DNA from: Eledone cirrhosa | Taxonomy: Eukaryota | NCBI GenBank assembly: GCA_964016885.1 | Contig: OZ024744.1 | Location: forward strand, 132,184,001-132,248,000 | Direction: 5' to 3' | Length of the DNA: 64,000 nt | Shown: piece after piece, positions 36,842-51,011 of the stretch | How the letters are laid out: each line of letters opens with the position of its first letter | Numbering within the stretch: the stretch's first letter is position 1 | Position numbers and translations under genes: made by a program | Notes under the pieces: model-generated | Databases searched by the model: none | What the model saw: only the letters and a program-made list of their open reading frames with translations | What the model was told of the DNA's origin: nothing

Positions 36842-39800
36842 TTAACTTAAGTTGGGCTTAAGTTAAGTTGGGGGTAAGTTAAGTTGGGGGTAAGTTAAGT
36901 TGGGGTTAATTTAAGTTGGGGTTAAGTTAAGTGGTGGTTATGTTAAGTTGGGGTTAAGTTAAGTTGGGGTTAAATTAAGTTGGGGTTAAGTTAAGTTGGG
37001 TGTAAGTTAAGTTGGGGTTGAGTGAAGTTGGGGTTAAGTTAAGTTGGGGTTAAGTAGAGTTGGGGTTAAGTTAAGTTGGGGTTAAGTTAAGTTGGTGTTA
37101 AGTTGGGGTTAAGTTAAGTTGGGGTTAAGTTGGGGTTAAGTTAAGTGGTGGTTATGTTAAGTTGGGGTTAACTTAAGTTGGGGTTAATTTAAATTGGGGT
37201 TAAGTTAACTTTGTGGTTAAGTTAAGTTGGGGTTAAGTTAAGTTGGGGTTAAGTTAAGTTGGGGTTGAGGGAAGTTGGGGTTAAGTTAAGTTGGGGTTAA
37301 CTTAAGTTGGGTTTGAGTTAAGTTGCGGTTAAGTTAAGTTGGGGTTAAGTTAAGTTGGGGTTAAGTTAAGTCGGGGTTAAGTTAAGTTGGGGTTGAGTTA
37401 AGTTGGGGTTAATTTAAGTTGAGGTTATGTTAAGTTGGGGTTAATTTAAGTTGGGGTTAAGTTAAGTTGGGGTTAAGTTAAGTTGGGGTTAATTTAAGTT
37501 GGGGTTAAGTTCAGTTGGGGTTAATTTAAGTTGGGGTTAAGTTAAGTTGGGTTTAAGTTAAGTTGGGGTTAAATTAAGTTGGGGTTAAATTAAGTTGGGG
37601 TTAAGTTAAGTTGGGGTTAGGTTAAGTTGGGGATAAGTTAAGTTGGGGATAAGCTAAGTTGGGGTTAAGTTAAGTTGGGTTTAAGTTAAGTTGGGGTTAA
37701 GTTAAGTCGGGGTTATGTTAAGTCGGTGTTAAGTTAAGTTAGGGTTAAGTTAAGTTGGGGTTAAGTTAAGTTGGGGTTGAGTTAAGTTGGGGTTGAGTTA
37801 AATTGGGGTTGAGTTAAGTTGGGGTTGAGTTAAGTTGGGGTTGAGTTAAGTTGGGGTTACTTCAAGTTGGGGCTAAGTTAAGTTGGGGCTGAGTTAAGTT
37901 GGGTGTACGTTAAGTTGGGGTTGACTGAAGTTGGGGTTAAGTTAAGTTGGGGTTAAGTTAAGTTAGGGTTAATTTAAGTTGGGGTTATGTTAAGTTGGGG
38001 TTAAGTTAAGTTGGGGTTAAGTAGAGTTGGGGTTAATTTAAATTGGGGTTAAGTTAAGTTGGTGTTAAGTTGGGGTTAATTTAAGTGGTGGTTATGTTAA
38101 GTTGGGGTTAAGTTAAGTTGGGGTTAATTTAAATTGGGGTTAAGTTAACTTTGTGGTTAAGTTAAGTTGGAGTTAAGTTAAGTTGGAGTTAAGTTAAGTT
38201 GGGGTTGAGTGAAGTTGGGGTTAAGTTAAGTTGGGGTTAACTTAAGTTGGGTTTGAGTTAAGTTGCGGTTAAGTTAAGTTGGGGTTAAGTTAAGTTGGGG
38301 TTAAGTTAAGTCGGGGTTAATTTAAGTTGGGGTTAAGTTAAGTTGGGGTTAATTTAAGTTGGGGTTAAGTTAAGTTTAGGTTAAGTTAAGTTGGGGTTAA
38401 ATTAAGTTGGGGTTAAGTTAAGTTGGGGTTAAGTTAAGTTGGGGTTAGGTTAAGTTGGGGATAAGTTAAGTTGGGGATAAGTTAAGTTGGGGTTAAGTTA
38501 AGTTGGGTTTAAGTTAAGTTGGGGTTAAGTTAAGTTGGGGTTTAATTAAGTTGGGGTTGAGTTAAGTTGGGGTTGACTTAAGTTGGGCTTAAGTTAAGTT
38601 GGGGTTAAGTTAAGATGTGGTTAAGTTAAGTTGGGGTTAAGTTAAGTTGGGGTTAAATTAAGTTGGGGTTAAGTTAAGTTGGGGGTAAGGTAAGTTGGTG
38701 GTAAGTTAAGTTGGGGGTAAGTTAAGATGGGGCTAAGTTAAGTTGGGGTTAAGTTAATTTGGGGTTAAGTTAAGTTAGGGTTAAGTTAAGTTGGGGTTGA
38801 CTTAAGTTGGGGTTAAGTTAAGTTGGGGTTATGTTAAGTTGGGTTTAAGTTAAGTTGGGGTTAAGTTAAGTTGGGGTTAAGTTAAGTTGCGGTTAAGTTA
38901 AGTTGGGGTTAAGTTAAGTTGGGGTTAAGTTAAGTTGGGGTTAAGTTAAGTTGGGGTTAATTTAAGTTGGGGTTAAATTAAGTTGGGGTTAATTTAAGTT
39001 GGGGGTTAAGATAAGTTGTGGTTAAGTTAAGTTGGGGTTAAATTAAGTTGGGGTTAAGTTAAGTTGGGGTTAATTTAAGTTGGGGTTAAGTTAAGTTGGG
39101 GTTGAGTTAAGTTGGGGGTAAGTTAAGTTGGGGGTAAGTTAAGTTGGGTGTAAGTTAAGATGGGGTTAAGTTAAGTTGGGGTTAAGTTATTTTGGGGTTA
39201 AGTTAAGTTGGGGGTAAGTTAAGTTGGTGATAAGTTAAGTTGGGGGTAAGTTAAGTTGGGGTTAAGTTAAGTTGGGTTAAGTTGGGGTTGAGTTAAGTTG
39301 GGGTTAAGTTAAGAGGTGGTTATGTTCAGTTGGGGTTAAGTTAAGTTGGGGTTAAGTTAAGTTGGGGTTAAGTTAAGTTGGGGTTAAGATAAGTTGGGGT
39401 TAAGTTAAGTTGGGGTTAACTTAATTTGGGTTTAATTTAAGTTGGGGTTAAGTTAAGTTGGGGTTAAATTAAGTTGGGATTAAGTTAAGTTGGGTGTACG
39501 TTAAGTTGGGGTTGACTGAAGTTGGGGTTAAGTTAAGTTGGGGTTAAGTAGAGTTGGGGTTAATTTAAGTTGGTGTTAAGTTAAGTTGGTGTTAAGTTGG
39601 GGTTAAGTTAAGTTGGGGTTAAGTTGGGGTTAAGTTAAGTGGTGGTTATGTTAAGTTGGGGTTAAGTTAAGTTGGGGTTAATTTAAATTGGGGTTAAGTT
39701 AACTTTGTGGTTAAGTTAAGTTGGAGTTAAGTTAAGTTGGGGTTAAGTTAAGTTGGGGTTGAGTGAAGTTGGGGTTAATTTAAGTTGGGGTTAACTTAAG

Positions 39801-42739
39801 TTGGGCTTAAGTTAAGTTGGGGGTAAGTTAAGTTGGGGGTAAGTTAAGTTGGGGTTAATTTAAGTTGGGGTTAAGTTAAGTGGTGGTTATGTTAAGTTGG
39901 GGTTAAGTTAAGTTGGGGTTAAATTAAGTTGGGGTTAAGTTAAGTTGGGTGTAAGTTAAGTTGGGGTTGAGTGAAGTTGGGGTTAAGTTAAGTTGGGGTT
40001 AAGTAGAGTTGGGGTTAAGTTAAGTTGGGGTTAAGTTAAGTTGGTGTTAAGTTGGGGTTAAGTTAAGTTGGGGTTAAGTTGGGGTTAAGTTAAGTGGTGG
40101 TTATGTTAAGTTGAGGTTAACTTAAGTTGGGGTTAATTTAAATTGGGGTTAAGTTAACTTTGTGGTTAAGTTAAGTTGGGGTTAAGTTAAGTTGGGGTTA
40201 AGTTAAGTTGGGGTTGAGGGAAGTTGGGGTTAAGTTAAGTTGGGGTTAACTTAAGTTGGGTTTGAGTTAAGTTGCGGTTAAGTTAAGTTGGGGTTAAGTT
40301 AAGTTGGGGTTAAGTTAAGTCGGGGTTAAGTTAAGTTGGGGTTGAGTTAAGTTGGGGTTAATTTAAGTTGAGGTTATGTTAAGTTGGGGTTAATTTAAGT
40401 TGTGGTTAAGTTAAGTTGGGGTTAAGTTAAGTTGGGGTTAATTTAAGTTGGGGTTAAGTTCAGTTGGGGTTAATTTAAGTTGGGGTTAAGTTAAGTTGGG
40501 TTTAAGTTAAGTTGGGGTTAAATTAAGTTGGGGTTAAATTAAGTTGGGGTTAAGTTAAGTTGGGGTTAGGTTAAGTTGGGGATAAGTTAAGTTGGGGATA
40601 AGCTAAGTTGGGGTTAAGTTAAGTTGGGTTTAAGTTAAGTTGGGGTTAAGTTAAGTCGGGGTTATGTTAAGTCGGTGTTAAGTTAAGTTAGGGTTAAGTT
40701 AAGTTGGGGTTAAGTTAAGTTGGGGTTGAGTTAAGTTGGGGTTGAGTTAAATTGGGGTTGAGTTAAGTTGGGGTTGAGTTAAGTTGGGGTTGAGTTAAGT
40801 TGGGGTTACTTCAAGTTGGGGCTAAGTTAAGTTGGGGCTGAGTTAAGTTGGGTGTACGTTAAGTTGGGGTTGACTGAAGTTGGGGTTAAGTTAAGTTGGG
40901 GTTAAGTTAAGTTAGGGTTAATTTAAGTTGGGGTTATGTTAAGTTGGGGTTAAGTTAAGTTGGGGTTAAGTAGAGTTGGGGTTAATTTAAATTGGGGTTA
41001 AGTTAAGTTGGTGTTAAGTTGGGGTTAATTTAAGTGGTGGTTATGTTAAGTTGGGGTTAAGTTAAGTTGGGGTTAATTTAAATTGGGGTTAAGTTAACTT
41101 TGTGGTTAAGTTAAGTTGGAGTTAAGTTAAGTTGGAGTTAAGTTAAGTTGGGGTTGAGTGAAGTTGGGGTTAAGTTAAGTTGGGGTTAACTTAAGTTGGG
41201 TTTGAGTTAAGTTGCGGTTAAGTTAAGTTGGGGTTAAGTTAAGTTGGGGTTAAGTTAAGTCGGGGTTAATTTAAGTTGGGGTTAAGTTAAGTTGGGGTTA
41301 ATTTAAGTTGGGGTTAAGTTAAGTTTAGGTTAAGTTAAGTTGGGGTTAAATTAAGTTGGGGTTAAGTTAAGTTGGGGTTAAGTTAAGTTGGGGTTAGGTT
41401 AAGTTGGGGATAAGTTAAGTTGGGGATAAGTTAAGTTGGGGTTAAGTTAAGTTGGGTTTAAGTTAAGTTGGGGTTAAGTTAAGTTGGGGTTTAATTAAGT
41501 TGGGGTTGAGTTAAGTTGGGGTTGACTTAAGTTGGGCTTAAGTTAAGTTGGGGTTAAGTTAAGATGTGGTTAAGTTAAGTTGGGGTTAAGTTAAGTTGGG
41601 GTTAAATTAAGTTGGGGTTAAGTTAAGTTGGGGGTAAGGTAAGTTGGTGGTAAGTTAAGTTGGGGGTAAGTTAAGATGGGGCTAAGTTAAGTTGGGGTTA
41701 AGTTAATTTGGGGTTAAGTTAAGTTAGGGTTAAGTTAAGTTGGGGTTGACTTAAGTTGGGGTTAAGTTAAGTTGGGGTTATGTTAAGTTGGGTTTAAGTT
41801 AAGTTGGGGTTAAGTTAAGTTGGGGTTAAGTTAAGTTGCGGTTAAGTTAAGTTGGGGTTAAGTTAAGTTGGGGTTAAGTTAAGTTGGGGTTAAGTTAAGT
41901 TGGGGTTAATTTAAGTTGGGGTTAAATTAAGTTGGGGTTAATTTAAGTTGGGGGTTAAGATAAGTTGTGGTTAAGTTAAGTTGGGGTTAAATTAAGTTGG
42001 GGTTAAGTTAAGTTGGGGTTAATTTAAGTTGGGGTTAAGTTAAGTTGGGGTTGAGTTAAGTTGGGGGTAAGTTAAGTTGGGGGTAAGTTAAGTTGGGTGT
42101 AAGTTAAGATGGGGTTAAGTTAAGTTGGGGTTAAGTTATTTTGGGGTTAAGTTAAGTTGGGGGTAAGTTAAGTTGGTGATAAGTTAAGTTGGGGGTAAGT
42201 TAAGTTGGGGTTAAGTTAAGTTGGGTTAAGTTGGGGTTGAGTTAAGTTGGGGTTAAGTTAAGAGGTGGTTATGTTCAGTTGGGGTTAAGTTAAGTTGGGG
42301 TTAAGTTAAGTTGGGGTTAAGTTAAGTTGGGGTTAAGATAAGTTGGGGTTAAGTTAAGTTGGGGTTAACTTAATTTGGGTTTAATTTAAGTTGGGGTTAA
42401 GTTAAGTTGGGGTTAAATTAAGTTGGGATTAAGTTAAGTTGGGTGTACGTTAAGTTGGGGTTGACTGAAGTTGGGGTTAAGTTAAGTTGGGGTTAAGTAG
42501 AGTTGGGGTTAATTTAAGTTGGTGTTAAGTTAAGTTGGTGTTAAGTTGGGGTTAAGTTAAGTTGGGGTTAAGTTGGGGTTAAGTTAAGTGGTGGTTATGT
42601 TAAGTTGGGGTTGAGTTAAGTTGGGGTTAATTTAAATTGGGGTTAAGTTAACTTTGTGGTTAAGTTAAGTTGGAGTTAAGTTAAGTTGGGGTTAAGTTAA
42701 GTTGGGGTTGAGTGAAGTTGGGGTTAATTTAAGTTGGGG
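36842..42739 (+). repeat. Tandem duplication of 2949 bp within the satellite
   Basis: TTAACTTAAGTTGGGCTT 36842/39791, GAGGGAAG 37267/40216 and TTACTTCAAG (C at 37860/40809) all lie at offset 2949. Confidence 0.9.
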
Positions 42740-44700
42740 TTCAGTTAAGTTGGGGTTAAGTTAAGTTGGGGTTGAGTTAAGTTGGGGTTAATTTAAGTTG
42801 AGGTTATTTTAAGTTGGGGTTAAGTTAAGTTGGGGTTAAGTTAAGTTGGGGTTAAGTTAAGTTGGGGTTAAGTTAAGTTGGGGTTAAGTTAAGTTGGGTT
42901 TAAGTTAAGTTGGGGTTAAATTAAGTTGGGGTTAAATTAAAGTGGGGTTAAGTTAAGTTGGGGGTAAGTTAAGTTGGGGGCAAGTTAAGTTGGTGTTAAG
43001 TTAAGTTGGGGTTAAGTTAAGTTGGGGTTAAGTTAAGTTGGGTTTAAGTTAAGTTGGGACTAAGTTAAGTTAGGGCTAAGTTCAGTTGGGGTAAAGTTAA
43101 GTTGGGGCTAAGTTAAGTTGGGTATAAGTTGAGTTGGGGTTAAGTTAAGTTGGGGTTAAGTTAAGTTGGGGTTAAATTAAGTTGGGGTTAATTAAGTTGG
43201 GGTTAAGTTAAGTTGGGGTTAAGTTAAGTTGGGGTTAATTTAAGTTGGGGTTGTGTTAATTTGGGGTTAAGTTAAGTTGGGGTTATATTAAGTTGGGGTT
43301 AAGTTAAGTTGGGTTTAAGTTAAGTTGGGGTTAAGTTAAGTTGGGGTTAAGTTAAGTTAGGGTTAATTTAAGTTGGGGTTATGTTAAGTTGGGGTTAAGT
43401 TAAGCTGGGGTTAAGTAGAGTTGGGGTTAATTTAAGTTGGGGTTAAGTTAAGTTGGTGTTAAGTTGGGGTTAAGTTAAGTTGGGGTTAAGTTGGGGTTAA
43501 GTTGAGTGGTGGTTATGTTAAGTTGGGGTTAAGTTAAGTTGGGGTTAAATTAAGTTGGGTTAAATTAAGGTGGGGTTAAGTTAAGTTGGGGGTAAGTTAA
43601 GTTGGGGGCAAGTTAAGTTGGTGTTAAGTTAAGTTGGGGTTAAGTTAAGTTGGGGTTAAGTTAAGTTGGGTTTAAGTTAAGTTGGGACTAAGTTAAGTTA
43701 GGGCTAAGTTAAGTTGGGGTTAAGTTAAGTTGGGGCTAAGTTAAGTTGGGTCTAAGTTGAGTTGGGGTTAAGTTAAGTTGGGGTTAAGTTAAGTTGGGGT
43801 TAAATTAAGTTGGGGTTAATTAAGTTGGGGTTAAGTTAAGTTGGGGTTGTGTTAAGTTGGGGTTAACTTAAGTTGGGGATAAGTTAAGTTGGGGTTAAAT
43901 TAAGTTGGGGGTAAGTTAAGTTGGTGGTAAGTTAAGTTGGGGTTAAGTTAAGTTGGGGTTAATTTAAATTGGGGTTAATTTAACTTTGTGGTTAAGTTAA
44001 GTTGGGGTTTATTTAAGTTGGGTTTAAGTTAAGTTGGGGTTGAGTTAAGTTGGGGTTGAGTGAAGTTGGGGTTAAGTTAAGTCGGGGTTAATTTAAGTTG
44101 GGGTTGAGTTAAGTCGGGGTTAATTTAAGTTGGGGCTAAGTTAATTTTTGGTTAAGTTAAGTTGGGGTTAAGTTAAGTTGGGGTTAAGTTAAGTTGGGGG
44201 TAAGTTAAGTTGGGGGCAAGTTAAGTTGGGGTTAAGTTAAGTTGCGGTTAAGTTAAGTTGGGGTTAAGTTAAGTTGGGTTTAAGTTAAGTTGGGGTTCAG
44301 TTAAGTTGGGGTTAAGTTAAGTTGGGGTTAAGTTAAGTTGGGGTTGAGTTAAGTTGGGGTTTAATTAAGTTGGGGTTGAGTTAAGTTGGGGTTGAGTTAA
44401 GTGGGGGTTGAGTTAAGTTGGGGTTAAGCTAAGTTGGGGTTAAGTTAAATTGAGGTTAAGTTAACTTGGGTTTGAGTTAAGTTGGGGTTAAGTTAAGTTG
44501 GTGTTAAGTTCAGTTCAGGTTAAGTTAACTTGGGGTTAAGTTAAGTTGGGGTTGAGTTAAGTTGGGGTTGAGTTAAGTTGGGGTTAAGTTAAGTTGGGGT
44601 TAACTTAAGTTGGGGTTAAGTTAAGTTGGGGTTAATTTAAGTTGGGGTTCAGTTAAATTGAGGTTAAGATAACTTGGGTTTGCGTTAAGATGGGGTTAAG

Positions 44701-46094
44701 TTAGGTTTTTCGAAAACCTTATATAATCATTTTTATTTAGGTTCTTCGAAACACCTTATATAATCAATTTTTTTAGGTTTTTCGAAAAACCTTATATAAT
44801 TAATTTTTTTATACTTTTAGAAATATTTATATCTGATTTCAAATATTGGATTTTTTAGGTTTTTCGATAATCAATTTTTTTTAGATTTTTCGAAAAATCT
44901 TATATAATCAATTTTTTTACGTTTTTAGAAAGACCTTATATAATCAATTTTTTTATACTTTTAGAAATATTTATATCTGATTTCAAATATTGATTTTTTT
45001 TTTAGGTTTTTCGAAATACCTTATATAATCAATTTTTTTTAGGTTTTTCAAATTACTTTATATAATCAATTTTTTTTATCTGATTTCAAATATTGATTTT
45101 TTTAGCTTTTTCGACAAAATCTTATATAATCAATTTTTTTTAGGTTTTTCGAAAAAGAATGAATTTGAGTTCATAGTCGAAATATATACTTCTGCATTAA
45201 TCTTTTTACGTTTTTTTGATTTTTTTTAAAAAAACGTAAAAAATTAATGCTTTTACAAATCTTTTGAAATATTTACTTTCTAGTTTCAAATTTTGCAGAT
45301 TAAATTTTTCTCGAAAAACCTAAAAAATCAGTTGTCGAAATCAGAAGTTAATATTTCGAAAAACGCAATTTGAAAAACTCATATTAATTTTTTTTCGAAA
45401 ACATTATATAATCAATTTTTTAGAAATATTTATATCTGATTTCAAATATTGATTTTTTTAGGTTTTTCGAAAACCCTATATAATCAATTTTTTTGTACTT
45501 TTAGAAATATCTATATCTGATTTCATGTATTGATTTTTTTATATTTTTCGAAAAAGCTTAGATAATCAATTTTTTTAGGTCTTTCGAAAACATTATATAA
45601 TCAATTTTTTTTTAGGTTTTTCGAAAAAACCTTATATAATCAATTTTTTTTAGGTTTTTCAAATATTGATTTTTTTAGCTTTTTCGACAAAATCTTATAT
45701 AATCAATTTTTTTTAGGTTTTTCGAAAAAGAATGAATTTGAGTTCATAGTCGAAATATATACTTCTGCATTAATCTTTTTACGTTTTTTTGATTTTTTTT
45801 AAAAAAACGTAAAGAATTAATGCTTTTACAAATCTTTTGAAATATTTACTTTCTAGTTTCAAATTTTGCAGGTTAAATTTTTCTCGAAAAACCTAAAAAA
45901 TCAGTTGTCGAAATCAGAAGTTAATATTTCGTAAAACGCAATTTTAAAAACTCATATTAATTTTTTTTCGAAAACTTATTATATAATCAATTTTTTTATA
46001 CTTTTAGAAATATTTATATCTGATTTCAAATATTGATTTTTTTAGGTTTTTCGAAAACCCTATATAATCAATTTTTTTTAGGTTTTTCAAAAAA
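44701..46094. repeat. AT-rich island, medium class (1394 bp), two cores
   Basis: Long class minus the 225-bp block. Markers CGTAAAGAATT (G at 45814) and CGCAATTTTAAAA. Confidence 0.95.
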
Positions 46095-46805
46095 GTTACG
46101 TTGGGGTTAAGTTAAGTTGGGGTTAAGTTGAGGTTAAGTTAAGTTGTGGTTAAGTTAAGTTGGGGCTAAGTTAAGTTGGGGCTAAGTTAAGTTGGGGTTA
46201 AGTTAAGTTGGGGTTAATTTAAGTTGGGGTTAGGTTAAGTTGGGGATAAGTTAAGTTGGGGATAAGTTAAGTTGGGGTTAAGTTAAGTTGGGTTTAAGTT
46301 AAGCTGGGGTTAAGTTAAGTTGGGGTTAAATTAAGTTGGGGTTAAGTTAAGTTTGGGTTAGGTTAAGTTGGGGATAAGTTAAGTTGGGGATAAGTTAAGT
46401 TGGGGTTAAGTTAAGTTGGGTTTAAGTTAAGTTGGGGTTAAGTTAAGTTGGGGTTAAGTTAAGTTGGGGTTAAGTTAAGTTGCGGTTAGTTAAGTTGAGT
46501 TTAAGTTAAGTTGGGGTTAATTTAAGTTGGGGTTAAGTTAAGTTGGGGTTCAGTTAAGTTGGGGTTAAGTCAAGTTGGGGTTAAGTTAAGTTGGGGTTAA
46601 GTTAAGTTGGGGTTAGGTTAAGTTGGGGATAATTTAAGTTGGGGATAAGCTAAGTTGGGGTTAAGTTAAGTTGGGTTTAAGTTAAGTTGGGGTTAAGTTA
46701 AGTTGGGGTTAAATTAAGTTGGGGTTAAGTTAAGCTGGGGTTAAATTAAGTTGGGGTTATGTTAAGTTGGGGTTAAGTTAAGTTGGGGTTAGTTTAAGTG
46801 GGGTT

Positions 46806-47150
46806 AACCCCAACTTAACTTAACCCCAACTTAACTTAACCCCAACTTCACTCAACCCCAACTTAAATTAACCCCAACTTCACTCAACCTCAACTTAACT
46901 CAACCCCAACTTAAATTAACCCCAACTTAACTTAACCCTGACTTAACTTAACCCCGACTTAACTTAACCCCGACTTAACTTAACCCCAACTTAACTTAAA
47001 CCCCAACTTAACTTAACCCCAACTTAACTTAACCCCAACTTGACTTAACCCCAACTTAACTCACACCCAACTTAACTTACCCCCAACTTAACTTAACCAC
47101 AACTTGATGTAAACCCAACTTAACTTAACCCCAACTTAACTTAACCCCAA
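46806..47150 (-). repeat. Inverted satellite block, type A
   Basis: Type A markers, with private changes (ACCTCAAC, TTGATGT). Confidence 0.95.
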
Positions 47151-47809
47151 AGTCGGAGTTCAGTTAAGTTGGGGTTCAGTTAAGTTAGGCTTAACTTAAG
47201 TTGGGGTTAAGTTAAGTTGGGGGTAAGTTAAGTTGGGGGTAAGTTAAGTTGGGGTTAAGTTAAGTTGGGGTTAAGTTGGGGTTAAGTTAAGTTAGGGTTA
47301 AGTTAAGTTGGGGTTGAGTTAAGTTGGGGTTAAGTTAAGTGGTGGTTATGTTAAGTTGGGGTTAAGTTAAGTTGGGGTTAAATTAAGTGGGGTTAACTTA
47401 AGTTGGGTGTAAGTTAAGTTGGGGTTGAGTGAAGTTGGGGTTAAGTTAAGTTGGGGTTAAGTTAAGTTAGGGTTAATTTAAGTTGGGGTTATGTTAAGTT
47501 GGTGTTAAGTTAAGTTGGGGTTAAGTCGAGTTGGGGTTAAGTTAAGTTGGGGTTAAGTTAAATTGGTGTTAAGTTAAGTTGGGGTTAAGTTAAGTTGGGG
47601 TTAGTTAAGTTGAGTTTAAGTTAAGTTGGGGTTAATTTAAGTTGGGGTTAAGTTAAGTTGGGGTTCAGTTAAGTTGGGGTTAAGTTAAGTTGGGGTTGAG
47701 TTAAGTTGTGGTTAAGTTAAGTTGGGGTTAGGTTAAGTTGGGGTTAAGTTAAGCTGGGGTTAAATTAAGTTGGCTTTAAGTTAAGTTGGGGTTAGGTTAA
47801 GTTGGGGTT

Positions 47810-48107
47810 AACCCCAACTTAACTTAACCCCAACTTAACTTAACCCCAACTTCACTCAACCCCAACTTAACTTAACCCCAACTTCACTCAACCCCAACTT
47901 AACTCAACCCCAACTTAACTTAACCCCAACTTAACTTAACCCTAACTTAACATTAACCCCGACTTAAACTTAACCCCGACTTAACTTAACCCCAACTTAA
48001 CTTAACCCCAACTTAACTTAACCCCAACTTAACTTAATCCCAACTTGACTTAACCCCAACTTAACTCACACCCAACTTAACTTACCCCCAACTTAACTTA
48101 ACCCCAA
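47810..48107 (-). repeat. Inverted satellite block, type B
   Basis: Type B markers plus a 1-bp insertion (AACATTAACCCC). Confidence 0.95.
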
Positions 48108-50731
48108 AGTCGGAGTTAAGTTAAGTTGGGGTTAAGTTAAGTTAGGCTTAACTTAAGTTGGGGTTAAGTTAAGTTGGGGGTAAGTTAAGTTGGGGGTAAG
48201 TTAAGTTGGGGTTAAGTTAAGTTGGGGTTAAGATAAGTGGTGGTTATGTTAAGTTGAGGTTAAGTTAAGTTAGGGTTAAATTAAGTTGGGGTTAAGTTAA
48301 GTTGGGTGTAAGTTAAGTTGGGGTTGAGTGAAGTTGGGGTTAAGTTAAGTTGGGGTTAAGTAGAGTTGGGGTTAAGTTAAGTTGGGGTTAAGTTAAGTTG
48401 GTGTTAAGTTGGGGTTAAGTTAAGTTGGGGTTAAGTTGGGGTTAAGTTAAGTGGTGGTTATGTTAAGTTGGGGTTAACTTAAGTTGGGGTTAATTTAAAT
48501 TGGGGTTAAGTTAACTTTGTGGTTAAGTTAAGTTGGGGTTAAGTTAAGTTGGGGTTAAATTAAGTTGGGGTTGAGTGAAGTTGGGGTTAAGTTAAGTTGG
48601 GGTTAAGTTAAGTTGGGGTTAACTTAAGTTGGGTTTAAGTTAAGTTGCGGTTAAGTTAAGTTGGGGTTAAGTTAAGTTGGGGTTAAGTTAAGTCGGGGTT
48701 AATTTAAGTTGGGGTTGAGTTAAGTTGGGGTTAATTTGAGTTGAGGTTATGTTAAGTTGGGGTTAATTTAAGTTGGGGTTAAGTTAAGTTGGGGTTAAGT
48801 TAAGTTGGGGTTAATTTAAGTTGGGATTAAGTTCAGTTGGGGTTAAATTAAGTTGGGGTTAAGTTAAGCTGGGGTTAAATTAAGTTGGGGTTAAGTTAAG
48901 TTGGGGTTAAGTTAAGTTGGGGTTAAGTTAAGTTAGGCTTAATTTAAGTTGGGGTTATGTTAAGTTGGGGTTAAGTTAAGTTGGGGTTAAGTCGAGTTGG
49001 GGTTAAGTTAAGTTGGGGTTAGTTAAGTTGAGTTTAAGTTAAGTTGGGGTTAATTTAAGTTGGGGTTAAGTTAAGTTGGGGTTCAGTTAAGTTGGGGTTA
49101 AGTTAAGTTGGGGTTAAGTTAAGTTGGTTTAAGTTAAGTTGGGGTTAGGTTAAGTTGGGGATAAGTTAAGTTGGGGATAAGCTAAGTTGGGGTTAAGTTA
49201 AGTTGGGTTTTAGTTAAGTTGGGGTTAAGTTAAGTTAGGCTTAACTTAAGTTGGGGTTAAGTTAAGTTGGGGGTAAATTAAGTTGGGGGTAAGTTAAGTT
49301 GGGGTTAAGTTAAGTTGGGGTTAAGTTAAGTGGTGGTTATGTTAAGTTGGGGTTAAGTTAAGTTGGGGTTAAATTAAGTTGGGGTTAAGTTAAGTTGGGT
49401 GTAAGTTAAGTTGGGGTTGAGTGAAGTTGGGGTTAAGTTAAGTTGGGGTTAAGTTAAGTTAGGGTTAAGTAGAGTTGGGGTTAAGTTAAGTTGGGGTTAA
49501 GTTAAGTTGGTGTTAAGTTGGGGTTAAGTTAAGTCAGGGTTAAGTTAAGTTGGGGTTGAGTTAAGTTGGGGTTAATTTAAGTTGAGGTTATGTTAAGTTG
49601 GGGTTAATTTAAGTTGGGGTTAATTTAAGTTGGGGTTAAGTTAAGTTGGGGTTAAGTTGAGGTTAAGTTAAGTTGTGGTTAAGTTAAGTTGGGGCTAAGT
49701 TAAGTTGGGGCTAAGTTAAGTTGGGGCTAAGTTAAGTTGGGGTTAAGTTAAGTTGGGGTTAAGTTAAGTTGGGTTTAATTTAAGTTGGGGTCAACTTAAG
49801 TTGGGGTTAAGTTGAGTTGGGGTTAAATTAAGTTGGGGTTAATTTAAGTTGGGGCTAAGTTAAGTTGGGGCTGAGTTAAGTTGGGGTTAAGTTAAGTTGG
49901 GGTTAAGTTAAGTTGGGGTTAAGTTAATTTTGGGTTAAGTTAAGTTGTGGTTCAGTTAAGTTGGGGTTAAGTTAAGTTTGGGTTAATTTGGGGTTAAATT
50001 AAGTTGGGGTTAAGTTAAGTTGGGGTTAAATTAAGTTGGGGTTAAGTTAAGTTGGGGTTAATTTAAGTTGGGGTTAAGTTAAGTCGGGGTTAAGTTAAGT
50101 CGGTGTTAATTTAAGTTAGGGTTAAGTTAAGTTGGGGTTAAGTTAAGTTGGCTTTAAGTTAAGCTGGGGTTAAGTTAAGTTGGGGTTAAATTAAGTTGGG
50201 GTTAAGTTAAGTTGGGGTTAGGTTAAGTTTGGGTTAGGTTAAGTTGGGGTTAAATTAAGTTGGGGTTAAGTTAAGTTGGGGTTAAGTTAAGTTGGGGTTA
50301 GGTTAAGTTGGGGATAAGTTAAGTTGGGGATAATTTAAGTTGGGGTTAAGTTAAGTTGGGTTTAAGTTAAGCTGGGGTTAAGTTAAGTTGGGGTTAAATT
50401 AAGTTGGGGTTAAGTTAAGTTGGGGTTAAGTTAAGTTTGGGTTAGGTTAAGTTGGGGATTAGTTAAGTTGGGGATAAGTTAAGTTGGGGTTAAGTTAAGT
50501 TGGGTTTAAGTTAAGTTGTGGTTAAGTTAAGTTGGGGTTAAGTTAAGTTGGGGTTAGGTTAAGTTGGGGATAAGTTAAGTTGGGGATAAGCTAAGTTGGG
50601 GTTAAGTTAAGTTGGGTTTAAGTTAAGTTGGGGTTAAGTTAAGTTGGGGTTAAATTAAGTTGGAGATAAGTTAAGCTGGGGTTAAATTAAATTGGGGTTA
50701 AGTTAAGTTGGGGTTAGGTTAAGTTGGGGTT

Positions 50732-51011
50732 AACCCCAACTTAACTTAGCCCCAACTTCACTCAACCCCAACTTAACTTAACCCCAACTTCACTCAACCC
50801 CAACTTAACTCAACCCCAACTTAAGTTAACCCCAACTTAACTTAACCCTAACTTAACTTAACCCCGACTTAACTTAACCCCGACTTAACTTAACCCCAAC
50901 TTAACTTAACCCCAACTTAACTTAACCCCAACTTAACTTAATCCCAACTTGACTTAACCCCAACATAACTCACACCCAACTTAACTTACCCCCAACTTAA
51001 CTTAACCCCAA
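50732..51011 (-). repeat. Inverted satellite block, type C, one monomer shorter (280 bp)
   Basis: Type C markers and junctions; 16 bp shorter at the left end. Confidence 0.95.
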
